Below, piece after piece: positions 14,201 to 27,192 of a DNA stretch of 64,000 nt (positions within the stretch are counted from its first letter, which is position 1; the number at the start of each line of letters is the position of its first letter). The stretch comes from Azolla caroliniana (taxonomy: Eukaryota > Plantae > Polypodiophyta): NCBI GenBank assembly GCA_043228905.1, contig JBHGNT010000021.1, positions 992,001-1,056,000 on the forward strand, read 5' to 3'. The translations under genes were made by a program, and so were the position numbers. A model generated the notes under the pieces. That model saw nothing but the letters and a program-made list of their open reading frames with translations, had not been told where the DNA came from and did not search any database.

Positions 14201-15136
14201 TGATCTATGTCAATGTTGTAGAGATGATCTAGAGAGTGCCAAAGAAAGACTATACACTTTTGATTGCAGATATACCTTATGGATTTCGAATGGCTGGATC
14301 ATCATACGACGATGAACCGTTTAGGTTCAAACAATTAGAAAAAATGGTTAAAGATTTTGCTGAGCTTACGACTGCATCCTTGTGGAGGATAGTTGTGTTT
14401 TATAGCATGGACCAAGGGTACTCGGTAGCTCAAGCATTGAGATCTCGTTGCCACGACATCGAGAACCTTGCTTGGTAAGGATTATTTATAAGTCTCATTC
14501 ACCATACTTTCGTTCTTAATTTATCGAATCTATTCTTAACTCGCCTACTATTCATTGTAGGATAAAAACCAACATGAATAGAGGACCGACCTTTCGACGA
14601 AATAAAGAATCAAAGAATCAAGGAGCATTATAATGAAGTTGGAGGTTCAAACCTGCTAGTATATCCAACAGTCACACACAAATTGCAACATGTCACCATG
14701 ATAGAACGGGGACTTGTCAACCCATACGGAAAACCTCAACGACCTATGATGCACTTGCTAAATGTTCTCGAACGAAGGAGATTGGATATTAGACCTATTT
14801 TTTCGCACATGTATCTTTTGAACTGGGTTTAGGTTGCTAATATATTCAATATTGATTCTTATGGTTGGATAATTGAGTCTTCTTGCCCATTTCTTTACAG
14901 GTACAATGTTTGCATGCACATTGAAGCTCTTTAGAAATATTGTAGCATTGGTGAAGGACGAGAAGCAGGTTATATTTATAAATATGAGGACTAAGGCCTT
15001 GTGGGAATGCCCAGACTATGACGAGAAGGTCAGTGCAAAGCACATCGTTGATAGGGAACGGTTTCAACTAGCTTCCCGACAGCCTATTCCTCCGTTAGTT
15101 GGGGAACCGGGGGAGCTAATTGAGCTTGATGACTAG
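11237..15136 (+). pseudogene. ParB-like domain + beta-class N6A/N4C DNA methyltransferase fusion, copy A (multiple stops and frameshifts)
   Basis: Exon 1 11237-11271 (MSLKKIERTNS AG|gt) splices in frame to 12077. FVIGGSHLAEA, LTTEEAKLLAWDHN, LLIADIPYG, NPYGKP, GDWILDLF and GTMFACTLKLFRN motifs present. Confidence 0.8.
11349..11631. repeat. Palindromic repeat array (about 5-6 degenerate units) in intron 1 of the ParB-MTase gene, copy A
   Basis: ACAGGAACTCGATACnnnGTATCGAGTTCCTGT-like units. Confidence 0.85.
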
Positions 15137-15138
15137 CT

Positions 15139-16035
15139 TACAATAGTGGTCCAATTCCTACCACAAACCTTTTAATTCATTTGCATACTCGGTAACAATC
15201 ATGTTACCTTGTTTTGCTGAAATAGCTCGCATTCTTATCTCATAGAGTTGTGTTGCATCACATGCCTTTGAGTATGTCTATTTAACTGCCTCCCACATTT
15301 TTTGTGCGGTGGACAAGGTAAACAAGTATCACTTATCTCCGATATCATTGAATTCCACAACCACACCATAATAAGTGATTTTTCTTCATCCCATGCAACG
15401 AATTTGGGATCACACGCTTTCAGTCCATTTCCAAGTATATGCTTTTGCTTCCCTCTTCCTTTTAGGAGTGTGTGGACTATCTGTGACCATTTGAAGTAGT
15501 TTTTTCCATTGAGTCAATTTGCAGCTGGAATAGTTGGTAAGTCTCCTCCACCTAGTTGAAACATAGTAGTTTCGACTGTATGTCCACTAGGTATGTTGCT
15601 CGCATTGGATGTCTCAGACATCTTGAGAATTCAGTTATTGGAGGGGAAGGTAAGAAAAAACTCAGCGATGAAGTCTGATAAGAAAGAGATTCTTGGAAAT
15701 GAAGAGAAACAATGAGGGCTTAAGAGAAGAAACAATGACAAGGAGATTCTCAACAATGAGGGCTAATAACAAGGGAATTCTCAACTATGAAGGCTAACGA
15801 AATAACAAGGATAGGAGTGTATCAGTTTGGAGGCAATGAAGGCCTAAGAGAGAGCAATGAAGGTTCTTTGCTCTGATACCATGTTAAATTGAATGAAAAA
15901 GAAAAACTACCCTTATCCTTTTACATAGGGAATTGCCCCCCTTTTTAGTGTCTATTTTTAGAAATTGTTACACGAAAGACTGTTACAACATTTAATATTT
16001 AAATACTTAAATATTAAACAATTTAATATTTAACA
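15139..16035 (-). mobile_element. Truncated Ty1/Copia element: short LTR, PBS and gag fragment
   Basis: LTR 15882-16035 bounded by TGTTAAAT/ATTTAACA; PBS TGGTATCAGAGC on the minus strand at 15870-15881; gag from ATG 15621 with LNGKNYFKWSQ...AWDEEKSLIMVWLWNSM...EYANELKGLW*ELDHY. Confidence 0.8.
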
Positions 16036-16059
16036 GTTTTAGCTAAAACGATACTTTAT

Positions 16060-16590
16060 AACAAAGTCCATTGTTGTTAGCTATTGTTTCTCATCCTTTG
16101 TTAGTAACATTGCCCAATCTTGTAGCCAGAGGTGATATTGTGGGTTTGCATCTTCCTTCTAATGGACATTTGGTGGCACAGGCATTGGCTAATGATTCTT
16201 TTATGTTTCTAGAAGCCTCAAAAGAAAAACTTGAAAGGAGTATCATGCAAGTTTGGGATCAATTTGCCTTGGTTTTAGGGTTCCATAAAAATTGGAGGAA
16301 GTCTCACCTTATTTCTTGTGCGAAGAGTGCTTTGGAATGTTTGGGATGGCGAGGGTTAGTGATTACACAAGGATTAATTTATCGGCATTCGGGATATCCA
16401 TTAGGTGTTGATGTTGAAAATGTTCAACTTATTTATTGGATTAGTCGTAAACTGAAGGAAAACATTATCTATTGGAAGTCTCAATTATGACCCTTTCATG
16501 TACGACTCAAAGTGGTGCAATGTATCTTGATAGCCATGTTATTATATTTTTTACCATTGCTTCTTTGGACTAAGAAAGCATTACATGTAA
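16060..16590 (+). mobile_element. LINE (L1-like) reverse transcriptase relic
   Basis: ALANDSFMFL (decayed FADD), F...G...NWRKS and H(L)GYPLG motifs. Confidence 0.65.
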
Positions 16591-16879
16591 TCTTTACATT
16601 GATATATCAATAGAACGTAATAAACGTGTTTGTGCGAGCATACAAACGTTTGAAAACGAATACATTTGAAAAGGGAAAAATACGTTTCCTTTTCCTTTAT
16701 TTAGAAATTAGCTCACCCTAGTGGAAAGTTGTTGTGCTACTATTGCTTATGTCTTGGGTTCGAATCCCAATTTTCTCACTTCTCGCTCTCCCTCCCTCCC
16801 TCTCTCTCTCTTTAATGTCATGTCATGTTTTCTTCATACTCTCAAATATACGTTTTATGAGTTTTTGAACATTTGATTA

Positions 16880-17900
16880 TAATTTATAATGACATATTTT
16901 GATTCAATCTCTATAGTTCATACTCATTTTTTTGTAAAGTTCTAAAGTGGAGAAATTGACACCTTCACTAGTTGCGAGATGAGAACATCGATAATTGCAA
17001 GATGAGCTCATCATCAATACAATTATGTCTTTGAATTATTTGATTTTTATATTCATGCTTTCTAATGTTTAGTACTTAAGTAATTCCTAGGTTTTGAACT
17101 TTCAATTATGTTGAAATTTGATTCAATCAATATGTAATATAGACCATAACCATTTTTTGAAATTCCAATCTTTATTTCTTTTCCAACTTATAAATCCAAT
17201 CCAAGATTGAGATGATTTACCATACACGTTTGATTGAATCATTCTCAAATGTGAATGCACAATGTTTACGTATGGTTTATTCTATGGATATATGCATCTA
17301 CTTGTGTCGTTTAAGGAAGGTGATGGTTTTTAAACGATTCTTTGATTGCACTTAAAGTCCAACCTTAGATCTCAAATCCAAAAATGGCTCACATTAATTC
17401 TTATGCAATTGGGTACCATCGAGTGTCACATCTATAAAAACGTGTCTTGCAATGAATCTAATTATAGAAACACAGTTCAGTTTGAAGACATTTATTTGGT
17501 AGTCTTGGCAAAGTTTCATTTTCACATTTCGAAATAAGAAAATCAGTGATCCCATAGAAATTTATATATCATGATGTCTTTTATGCCTATAGAGTGTGAT
17601 TGACTTTTATAATTCCATAATAGATAAAGAAGTTGATAAACTCTATTCATGTCTTCGAAGTCCAACATGATCCAAAGTGTAACATAATAATGAAATATGA
17701 CCTAGAGAACGAAAGAACAATAGATTTGTATCATCTATTTAAATTCACGTTGTCATTCCTTTTTTGTTTGAGCTGACAACTTCAAAATTCCACGTGACAT
17801 TTGGTCCATGATACCATTTCACAAACTCTACTCAAATCGTCGAACGTTGTCGTGATGTTATCGACACATAGTGCAAAACCACCCTCGAAAGAGAATAAAA
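16880..17900 (-). mobile_element. Highly decayed hAT-like transposase relic
   Basis: Minus-strand (D)TRW at about 17420 and ATSE..NFS (resembling the hAT dimerization motif) at about 16970; no intact ORF. Confidence 0.3.
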
Positions 17901-19089
17901 TAGTAGTTCAAATAAACTAATGTTGTGAAGTCAACTATTATAATAAACAAAAGGATAAAAAGTTAGAGGTGGTTCTTTCAAAAGTTGAAAAAGTTGAAAA
18001 AAGTAGGAAAAAAAGGTTAGGTGTGGAAATGAGCAAGGTAGAAAAAAAAGCTCATAATTTCCTCGTTCGATGTCCAAATTAGAAAAGAAAAGATTCATAA
18101 GAAAGCTAACATGGAGGGTTTTCCAAAAATAGGAGCTGACAAAAGAGAAATAGTGATAGAAATAAAAAATGCCTCATATAGACAAGTTTTTTTATAGGAG
18201 AAAAAAAAGCAAGCCATAAAAAACCTATAATTAAGAGCTATTCTTGAGAAGAAGGGAGATATGGATGGGGATTTGAAGAAGAAAAGATTTATGTTTCCTC
18301 TCTGATACTCTTATACCCTAAAAGGGAATTAGATTGATCAATTGAGTAATAAAAAAATTTCCATGTTTCCTCTCTCATACTCTCTTACTTTAACTTTGTT
18401 TATGTGTAAGTATAATTAAGTGTTATTCATACTTTCTTACTCCAAGCGTTCTTACTCATAAGCATAATTAAGTATTATTAGACCTCGCATAATCTCTTAC
18501 TCGAAGATTTTCTTGTGCATAACTATAACTAAGTATTAATCAATCTCTCATACTATCTTACTCTTATTCGAGGGAAATATCTTGTCTTAAAACTTAAAGT
18601 GCATAAATCATTTTGCCCTAAATCCTTACGGTCCAGAACCTTGATGGTTTCGCATCACGATCCGCATTAGTTGGCAAATTTTCACAACAACGTCTACATG
18701 ATTGAAAATGTAAAATGAATCATGAAATATGGCCTAAAGAAAAAATGGTATGTATAGAAATGTCGTTTAAGAGACTATAATGGCCTATAAGGCCAAACAA
18801 GAGGTTGCTTTAGAAAATATATTATACTCATGCTAATGGTAAATGGAGATAATCTAACATGGTTCATTAAATGACTTCTATCGTTTATTGTTTAAAAAGA
18901 TTCATGTAAATTGAGAGCCAAATATACATAAAGTTCGTTTCATAGTTTAGACCAAGAATTCTAAATCTCGACTATAAATATTTGGTCAAGTTTTTTATTA
19001 TCTTATATCATACAATTCCATAATAATACATTGCTTGCCTTGAGAACAAACTTACTTCTATACAAGAAGTGGGTAACAAGTCCTCACTC

Positions 19090-21754
19090 TTAGACTTTAA
19101 GCTTCTCCTCATTGTGACAAGAAAGTTGCACATTGTGCGCATTTTTGTTTGATCGATTGTATTTCATATGGCTCTTTACAAGGTGACCAGCAGTTAAAGC
19201 TGACATTAGCGAAAGCTCTCCAGCAAGCACCGCTCCAGCTATAATTCTTGCCAAGCATTGAGCATTCGCACCCGGACAATCTACATTGGATCCTTTCACA
19301 CCAAGAAGATTCAAACATGCAGATTGAGCAGCTAATTGTGTCCCACCACCAATCGTGCCCACCTGAAATAAATAATGTGTAGGTTAGCAAAGGACATCAA
19401 GGTTCATACACAATGGATTAGGACCTTTGTAGGGAAGACACAAAACAACACACCCACATAGACTTATCATTTGTACACTAGACAAAACACAAAATCACAT
19501 GGGCTCTTTGCCACCTAGAGATTGTCTAAAATTTAGTGTTTGTAAAGTTTATAACTAATCCACATCGGGAAATCTCTATAACTTCATGTACATATCCCAA
19601 TTAATCCAATGGAAAAATGATTAGAAGTTCTAATGCATAACAACTCTATGGGAAAATGTCTAAAAACATTCTCATCCATAATACCTCTACTTCACATCGG
19701 AAAATGTCTAGAAAGTTATATGTGTTTATGTAATATTACCTCTAGTGTAGGCATAGTAACAGATATATATAAATCACGAGCATTGTTTGTTGGTTCCATC
19801 AATGTGATGCATTGTGAGCTCTCAACATTTTGGGCTGGATCTTGGCCAGTTGCTATAAATAAGGCGGTTACAATGTTAGATGCATGTGCATTGAAACCCC
19901 CAATGGCCCCAGCTATTGAAGAGCCCACTAGATTCTTCAAAACATTTAGTTCGATAAGATCCGGAACGGTTGTCTTGAGCACTTTCGCCACAACATCTTC
20001 CTTAATTATAGCCTCACATACCACAGATTTTCCGCGTCCGTGAATCCAATTTACGGCTGTGGCCTTTTTGTCGGCACACATGTTGCCTATGGCAAAAAAA
20101 CATGCGAGAAAGAGTTAGAAAATAAGACATATTTCTAGATATCCTAAATAGTATGAGAATGTAAAGAAATGCATTATCTATGTACATACCAGAAATGCTC
20201 AAAACCTCCATGTCAGGAAACATCTCCTCGAGATAATGTAGAACATTTTGAACCCCCTTGGAAATCATATTCATCCCCATAGCATCACCGGTGGAGCACA
20301 CAAACCGGATATACAAATTGCGACCGGCCAAAGAACCTTGAATACTCTGAAGCCTAGCAAACCGACTAGTTCTGCATCAAATTTCTAATAGTGTGTTAGT
20401 GCAAATCCCTGAATGTCATAATGATGCATTTGAGGAAACATGCCTCTCACCCGCAACATCTTGTTAAGTTAGGTGATGTAAGAATCCTAATGGAAGTATC
20501 TAAGACTTCTAGGGTTTAATGCAGCCAACCCAGTCTGGGCCCTACCTAGGCCCAAAACACTATGACCTTGATCAACAATGCAAGACTTGTAGGAGTGGCA
20601 AGACATTGTGTAACGATCTAGTGTGGCACAATTCACTCATATATAGGCATAACGCCAACAATATCTACACTACAACGGACCGTGTGATCATAATAAGGAA
20701 TACAATACAATGATAAATATTACCTATTAAACATGGTGGCGAGATTCTCGAAATTGTTGGGTTGCTCCAAGAACGACTTGAGTTTGTAGGCCCTAAGGGC
20801 GGTTGTGAAGCGAACGAGGGGAGCTCGTGTCATGCCATCTTTGAGAAGAACGCTAGTTGCACCCCCGGATAGTAGTATAGCCTTGCAACCCCTATTGGTA
20901 CTAGCGACAAGGCACCCTTCCGTGGTGGCCATGGGCACCATATACTCGCGGCCATCGAGAAGAAGAGGGCCCGCAACGCCCACAGGGATGTTGACGTGAC
21001 CGATAACCATCTCACAGCATTGGCCGAGCACGGAAGAGTAGTCGAAACCCGACGACTGTAAGGCGAGGCCTCGGAGGGAACGTCCGGTCATAATCTCGAC
21101 CGCGCGGTTTCGCACTACGGCGCCGTGCTCGGGGCCGAGCTGGGTTTCGAGGGAGTGAATGGGCAGTAGCCCCGCATGGACTGCCAATGCAATGTCTTCA
21201 TCACTATATGTTTCATCTACACAGAAGGCTTGAGCAATGGCTGGATTTGCCCTAAGAATAGGTTGACCATTGAGGTGGGTGGTGTGATGAGCATAGGCAT
21301 GACCATCCAGGTTCTCTTCTCCTTCATCTCCTCTGCTTTCTAGTTCTTCACTAATAATAGTTCTGGTGTTGATGAGGTTCTGGACATAGTGAATACCAAA
21401 GAACCCCCAGAGGTATACAAGGGATGCCACAAAGGCGAGCAGAGCGATGAGGTCTGGGAGCGTGAGGGAATGAGTGGCCCGTCTGCTCATGCTAGGACTC
21501 ATGGTCTTCTTCCTCTCGTCCCAACGGTGGAGGAGGAAGAGAGTGGCGGCTATGAAGAGGAGGAAGAAGAATTTGTTGGTGAGGGCCATGGGGAGAGGAA
21601 GAGCATCAGAGGCTAAGCCCCCCCACCCCCCTTTCACACCATCACCATCACCATCACCATTCCTATCCCTACCTATTAACGCCTTCCTTGCCACTAAATT
21701 ACAGGACCTCTCCAATGGCCTACATGATCTATCAATGCGATTCAAGCCTGACAT
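19090..21754 (-). CDS. HMGR: 3-hydroxy-3-methylglutaryl-CoA reductase (class I), 4 exons
   Basis: Exons 21754-20724, 20371-20190, 20086-19740 and 19362-19090, all in phase. Two N-terminal TM segments; [40 protein letters not shown] and HMKYNRS motifs. Confidence 0.96.
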
Positions 21755-22443
21755 GATCAATGGATATAATTGGATGTAATGAGGGATTAGGGGAGGTAGG
21801 AGAGGGAGGGAATATGAAGATTAAGGGTGAGCTTCAAAGCTTGAATATTGCTATCATTCTTCTTCTCCTTACTTAGAATTAAGAGCTAGGCATAAGGTTA
21901 TATATATATAGATAGATAGATAGATAGATATGCAAGATATTTTGTGGGGGAGGAGGAGGATATATATGCCCATGACATGCCAAGCTTAGTTTCTAGCAAT
22001 TATCACACCCAAATTGCTTCTCAAAGCAAACACCCTCTTCTTCTTCTTCTTCTTCTTCTTCTTTAATACAATCATTTTCCTTAACTTTTATGGCTTCATT
22101 TTCCTCACCTAACATATATATATATGCAAGATATTTGTGGGGGAGGAGGAGGAGGAGGAGGAGGAATTACAGCACGTTTTGCTGGGGTTTAGGAAGGTTG
22201 GCGGCATATTTTGCCTGCCTATTGGCCATTCTCAGAGCATGCCCCACTACCCCCTGCAATTGTGGTACCATTCCATTGATTGGTGTTGTGTGTTTTCCAC
22301 ACGCATGTTATTTATATGATTGTGTGCGGTTTTTTTTCCATAAGACAATAAAAATCGCCAAACTCATTATACATGCACATGTATATGTATGATTATGTGT
22401 GGCTTCAGGATACATCACTTCTTTTGTCACCCTTGCCCTGCCC

Positions 22444-22494
<51 letters not shown>

Positions 22495-24342
22495 CAACTT
22501 TGGCTTGCCTTACTCCCCTTTTTTGGATGACATTGATCCAAGAGTTTGCATTTCTCCCTATCTTGTCATTGGTGTTACACTAAACATTGCACATGACCTT
22601 AATTGCACATGTGCCATGACTCATGACCCTTCGACCATCTCAAAGGTTTCAATGATTTGTTGACCATCCTTCTCTACCCTCGTCCTACTACATTTCACCT
22701 ACATATGTGAGAGTCTGGAGTCTGGATTCGCCTACATATGTAACTTTTATTTAATTATTCAACTAGGGAAAGAGTTGAAGGCACTTTTTTTTTCTTCGAT
22801 GAATAGCTGGTGGAAGTTCAAGTTATTTTCATTTCTTTGAAATTTTATGATGAAAATAGTACGTATGATATCAAGATTTCTGTTATTTCTATGGTTACAA
22901 GTTGGTATTGGTTTCTAGGAGGAGCAATAATTTACTTGTGTCTGGTGTCGTGGATATGATGCTTTAACTAGCAATGACTACGAGTGTTACCGGTCACCCA
23001 TCTTTTAATCGATCATATAAGTTACCTCCTACACCTAGAATGAGTGTTTGTTCTCTTAGTATCAAAAGTCCAACATTGCAATTATTCCTTTAGGAGGAGG
23101 CACAATGTTTAAAAAGATGTCAAATGAAATTGTTGGTAGAGATATTTTAATATAAGCATGAAAATTAAGAAACACATAAGAAAACAAAGAGACAAATAGA
23201 GAAAGAAGGGCGTCAGTCCACCCGTCCATGCTCGAGCGAAGGGATCAAGAAGGACTCAAGCCTTGAATGGCATTCCACACTACCGTTATGGGCTCCAAGT
23301 TGTACCTTGTACGAGAATGCGCCTACCACAAGAGTACGTTTACCACAATATCAAAGTCTTGACAGTGTAATTGAATGAACCCCCAACAAGGTTAGCTACG
23401 CCTAAGGGTCATCGACAAGCTCACACTTGACCCTTTGGTTTGTCTCAATCCCTAGAATTAAAAGTAATCATCCCTTCTCTACATTCTTGATTAACCCTCA
23501 CAGTCTTTATCTTCGTGTGTAGAAAACTATGGTACAAACTACCACGGGATAAGTTATATATGGTTATGCCTATAATACTTCCCAAATCATGACACCCTAG
23601 AATGAAGGCATAGTATGCTGATTTCAATGATATATAGATAGATAGATAAATAAATAAATAAATAAATAAATAAACATAGATATCTATAAAATTGAAATTA
23701 TTTAATATATTATCGTTTACATAGGGATCAAGAAGAAAACCAAATAATTTTTTAACATTGAAGGTCTAGAAAGAGAGTTTGAGACCAATTGGCAAAGGAA
23801 ATCATAGAGGTGAAGATTTTAGACAAGTCTAAAGGGATTCAAATCATCCTAGTTGTTGCTAAACTCATTGATGTTTGATCATATGCCCACATGTTGTTAT
23901 AATAATCATATTAATGTTTTAGTCTCCAAAATTACACAATGTCTTAAGGGAACATATCCACCAAGGATACACACGTAATCATCTGCAAATGGGAGATTAT
24001 GTTGTTGTGTGGTTGTTAAGTACATTCCGTACGAGTCATTGCCAATGAGGATATTGGCATTGGTAGCGAACACATTGATACCAGTATCATACATTCTCAA
24101 ATATACTATGAAAAAGGTTTAAAATCCACCATTTTCTTGATTTTAAAAAAAAAACAAAAAGAGGAATCTCAAAACGTTTAGGGTTTAATTTATTTCACAA
24201 ACTTTACAACCAATGTTTTTTATAAGAAGTGATATTCATAGGAATCAAATGAATTCAAAACACATGCTTTTATATTACTCGATTTGTTACAAGTGGAAGG
24301 TAGTTACACTTAATAGCCAGAAATACATTCATGATCACTCCT

Positions 24343-26553
24343 TTACGGAGAATCATGACTATAACTAATATACAATGAGGATTCTTCCTTGTCATCCTCG
24401 AATGTACCAATCAATACATTATCTTCATCATAAACCAAATGGTGTGACTCTAGATTATATGTAGCAGATCTTGTTTGCCTTTGACTCGAGCCACCCTTTA
24501 GACATGGTAATTTTTCTTTTATTATATCTATTGTTGACTTCCTTAAACATCTAGTTGTTGTAAGCATGAAGTCGTACATGATGATATCCACATCAGAGAT
24601 ATCAAGGGTCGAGGTGTTACGAATGTTTCGCTTCCTCTTCCTACGTCCCCTTGTTGTCGAGCATTCCATCATCTCCAATGTATACTTACCCGTAAAAGCA
24701 TTTTGACTTCTAGTGTTGTACCAATGCACTTTGATAGACTTGATCGTGTTTTCTATTTCATGCATTAGCACTTCTAGAATTTTACCAATCCAAAATTGGT
24801 AGCCATGTGAGTTCTCATCAGCAGGTGTTGCAATCAACATCCCCGATGTGAGCTCTTGCATTTTGACTTCTAGTCTTGTACCAATGCACTTTGATAGACT
24901 TGATCGTGTTTTCTATTTCATGCATTAGCACTTCTAGAATTTTACCAATCCAAAATTGGTGGCCATGTGAGTTCTCATCAGCAGGTGTTGCAATCAACAT
25001 CCCCGCTGTGAGCTCTTGCAAATTGCCTTACCATCTAGCTTCAACTGCTTTGGTCATCCTTGGTCCCACATAAATGTCTCTTTGTTGTGGATGGACCAAA
25101 CTGTCATTAATCACATTTTCTAGTTGCTCCGGAGTTTTATTTACACAATCATGTTGTAGCGACCATGTGAATGGCGTTTCCAAGGTCCAATTATCACCAG
25201 ATACACAATTGTCAATAATTCCTTTCTGATCACTAAAAAATACATCCCACCATGACGTCTCTTTTTGTGCGGCATATTTCTTTGTGGTTTCAATATGCTT
25301 TCTTTTTTTTGTTAAGGTTTGGAGCCATAAGTGTTTTTATTCTGATACCAAGTCACTATGCAACTGTCCTTTCTTCTGAATTGGCATTTGTTTAGCTCCA
25401 TGGACTATTGTACTCAGCATACAAAGTAAGAACTAGCAACCACCTTCAGGTTCCCATTTTGTAGAAGATGAAAATTGTTTGGCATACAAAAGCATAGAAC
25501 CACTTATTTCATTTTTCTTTATCATAAAAATGTGATTGAAGCTTATATTGTTTGATTGGGCGAGCACTTTAACATTCCCAACACCCCCATCTGATATATA
25601 TCTCTTAAAGTCATATACCTCCTTCAAGTGTAACACTTTTGGGCGTGGTGTATATGCATCACAAATGACATCAAATAGTTTAGGTAATGTGAAAGCATCA
25701 TGCCGAGACAACTGTCTGGAGAATGTGCTAAACATCTTATCTATATGATCATGTGTGTGGCCAACCAGAAGAAAATTAACTTTCACTTTTCTAAATAATC
25801 CTTGGTTGACCAACATACTTAGATAGCCAAACACAATTGAAATTTTGTTCTCTCTAGCAGTATTGTCCAATTGAATGTATAGAACAGGGGGGAACGGTTG
25901 GCCCCAAGACATCAAAACTCGGTGAATCACTGTAACTGTTAGGTTAGGGTCATTGTGAACATTGGGGTATGTAATGAAGACGTGAGGTCCAACTAACCTA
26001 TTATAAGCCAAGCATCCCACCAAGTGCATTTGAACAAGGCACTCATCATTGACATCTTTGGGGAGCCTCCGCATATGCGGCAAGCACATCTACTTCTGGT
26101 CCATGCCATCTATCATTAAGCATGTGTATTGTTCGGGCCTCTTCAAACACTTCTCTCTATGATGCATCGCCTTCTTTCTTTCTAACGATTGTGCCTCACA
26201 ATGCTCCTGTAGTAACTTCTTACTCATATCCTTTTCCATTGATGTCTTTGCACCTTTAGCCAAACTTTTAAGATTTGCACAAATTGAGCAATACCCCGTG
26301 TGTACTTTACGCGGAATAATAATATTAGAAAACCATGCTCTCCACAATCTTGTGAATTGGTTATATGTGACATATTTATTACTTGAGTCCACCATATCTA
26401 ATCAATATACATCATAAACTTTCCGACGTGTGTAATTATCAGAGAGGTGCATCCTGCTTGTAGTGGGCATTACTTCACAATTTAACTGAAAGTAACTTTT
26501 CATCCAACCAATAGCATGTCTTCCAATTGCACCTTTCATACTTGGGAACCTCT
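24343..26553 (-). pseudogene. DDD/E transposase (Sola/DUF7869-like), copy B, catalytic core and C-terminal BAH/Tudor-like region
   Basis: CEVMP, YCSIC, LMIDGMDQ, LYIQLDNTARENK, FLLVGHTHDHIDKMFS; C-terminal GMLIA...FWIGKILEV...IKVHWY; in-frame stops (e.g. 26090, 25433) and frameshifts. Confidence 0.85.
24701..25020. repeat. 160-bp tandem duplication within the transposase C-terminal region
   Basis: 24701-24860 and 24861-25020 are nearly identical, with GCA microhomology at the junction. Confidence 0.92.
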
Positions 26554-27161
26554 TGTTGGGATTACGGTCCCTCCGGATGGGATGGTCGGATGTCCGGGAA
26601 TCGGAAATGAAGACCCGAATGAGATGAAGACCCGGTTCCGGATCCGGATGATGAAGACCCCGGCTACGGAGCCGGATGACGAATGTACCCGGAGAGAGAT
26701 CCGGATGCGGGGACATATTTGTGAATATGTTTGCCAAGGGCCCTTGAGGCTATATTTGTAAATAGCCCGAAAGTCATATGTGTATAAATATGACTTAGGG
26801 CAAACAGTTTTTAGTTGTTGCTCATTTTTCTGTTTTCCGCTTAGAGGGAGCGAAGTGAGAGCAGCCGAGAGAGAGAGTGAGAGAGAGAGTAAGGAAGAGG
26901 TCGACGCCTCTGTGTAATACCGCCGCCTGTGGCGAGGACAGCGAGCTCAAGGTCGTCGCCTTGCAGCTCGCCATTGTACATTCCCTGCGTATAGTGATAG
27001 TTGGAGTCTTGCACTCCCGTGGTTTTTCCCGTCTAGGGTTTTCCACGCTAAACCCTGTGCATTCGAGTCTCTCTCTGTGTTTTCAATTTACTGCTGCATT
27101 GATTCGTGTTTCCTCGGTTGTGGCCGAGAGGTGAAGGTTTTGAAAGCGTCAATTTCTAACA
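26554..27161 (+). repeat. 5' LTR (608 bp)
   Basis: TGTTGGGATT...TTCTAACA, near-identical to the 3' LTR. Confidence 0.96.
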
Positions 27162-27164
27162 ATC

Positions 27165-27176
27165 TGGTATCAGAGC
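27165..27176 (+). promoter_or_regulatory. Primer binding site (tRNA-iMet)
   Basis: TGGTATCAGAGC 3 nt downstream of the 5' LTR. Confidence 0.95.
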
Positions 27177-27192
27177 GACTGCAGTGCAGAAA

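Larger units (their letters stand above)
8662..15140. mobile_element. Two-gene DNA-transposon-like element, copy A (transposase plus ParB-MTase), degenerate and truncated at both ends
   Basis: Collinear with 25490-37880 once the Copia insert is removed: same divergent gene pair, TATA box, first exon, palindromic intron array and intron positions. Confidence 0.85.

Noticed and set aside
16713-16780. tRNA-like sequence with a GGTTCGAATCC B-box (similar case at about 45714-45775 on the minus strand)
   Set aside because: No complete cloverleaf; more likely tRNA-derived SINE or TE sub-terminal sequence
23940-24100. Possible terminal inverted repeat pairing with about 40200-40440
   Set aside because: Only patchy similarity by eye and no TSD; cannot be supported without a multi-copy alignment
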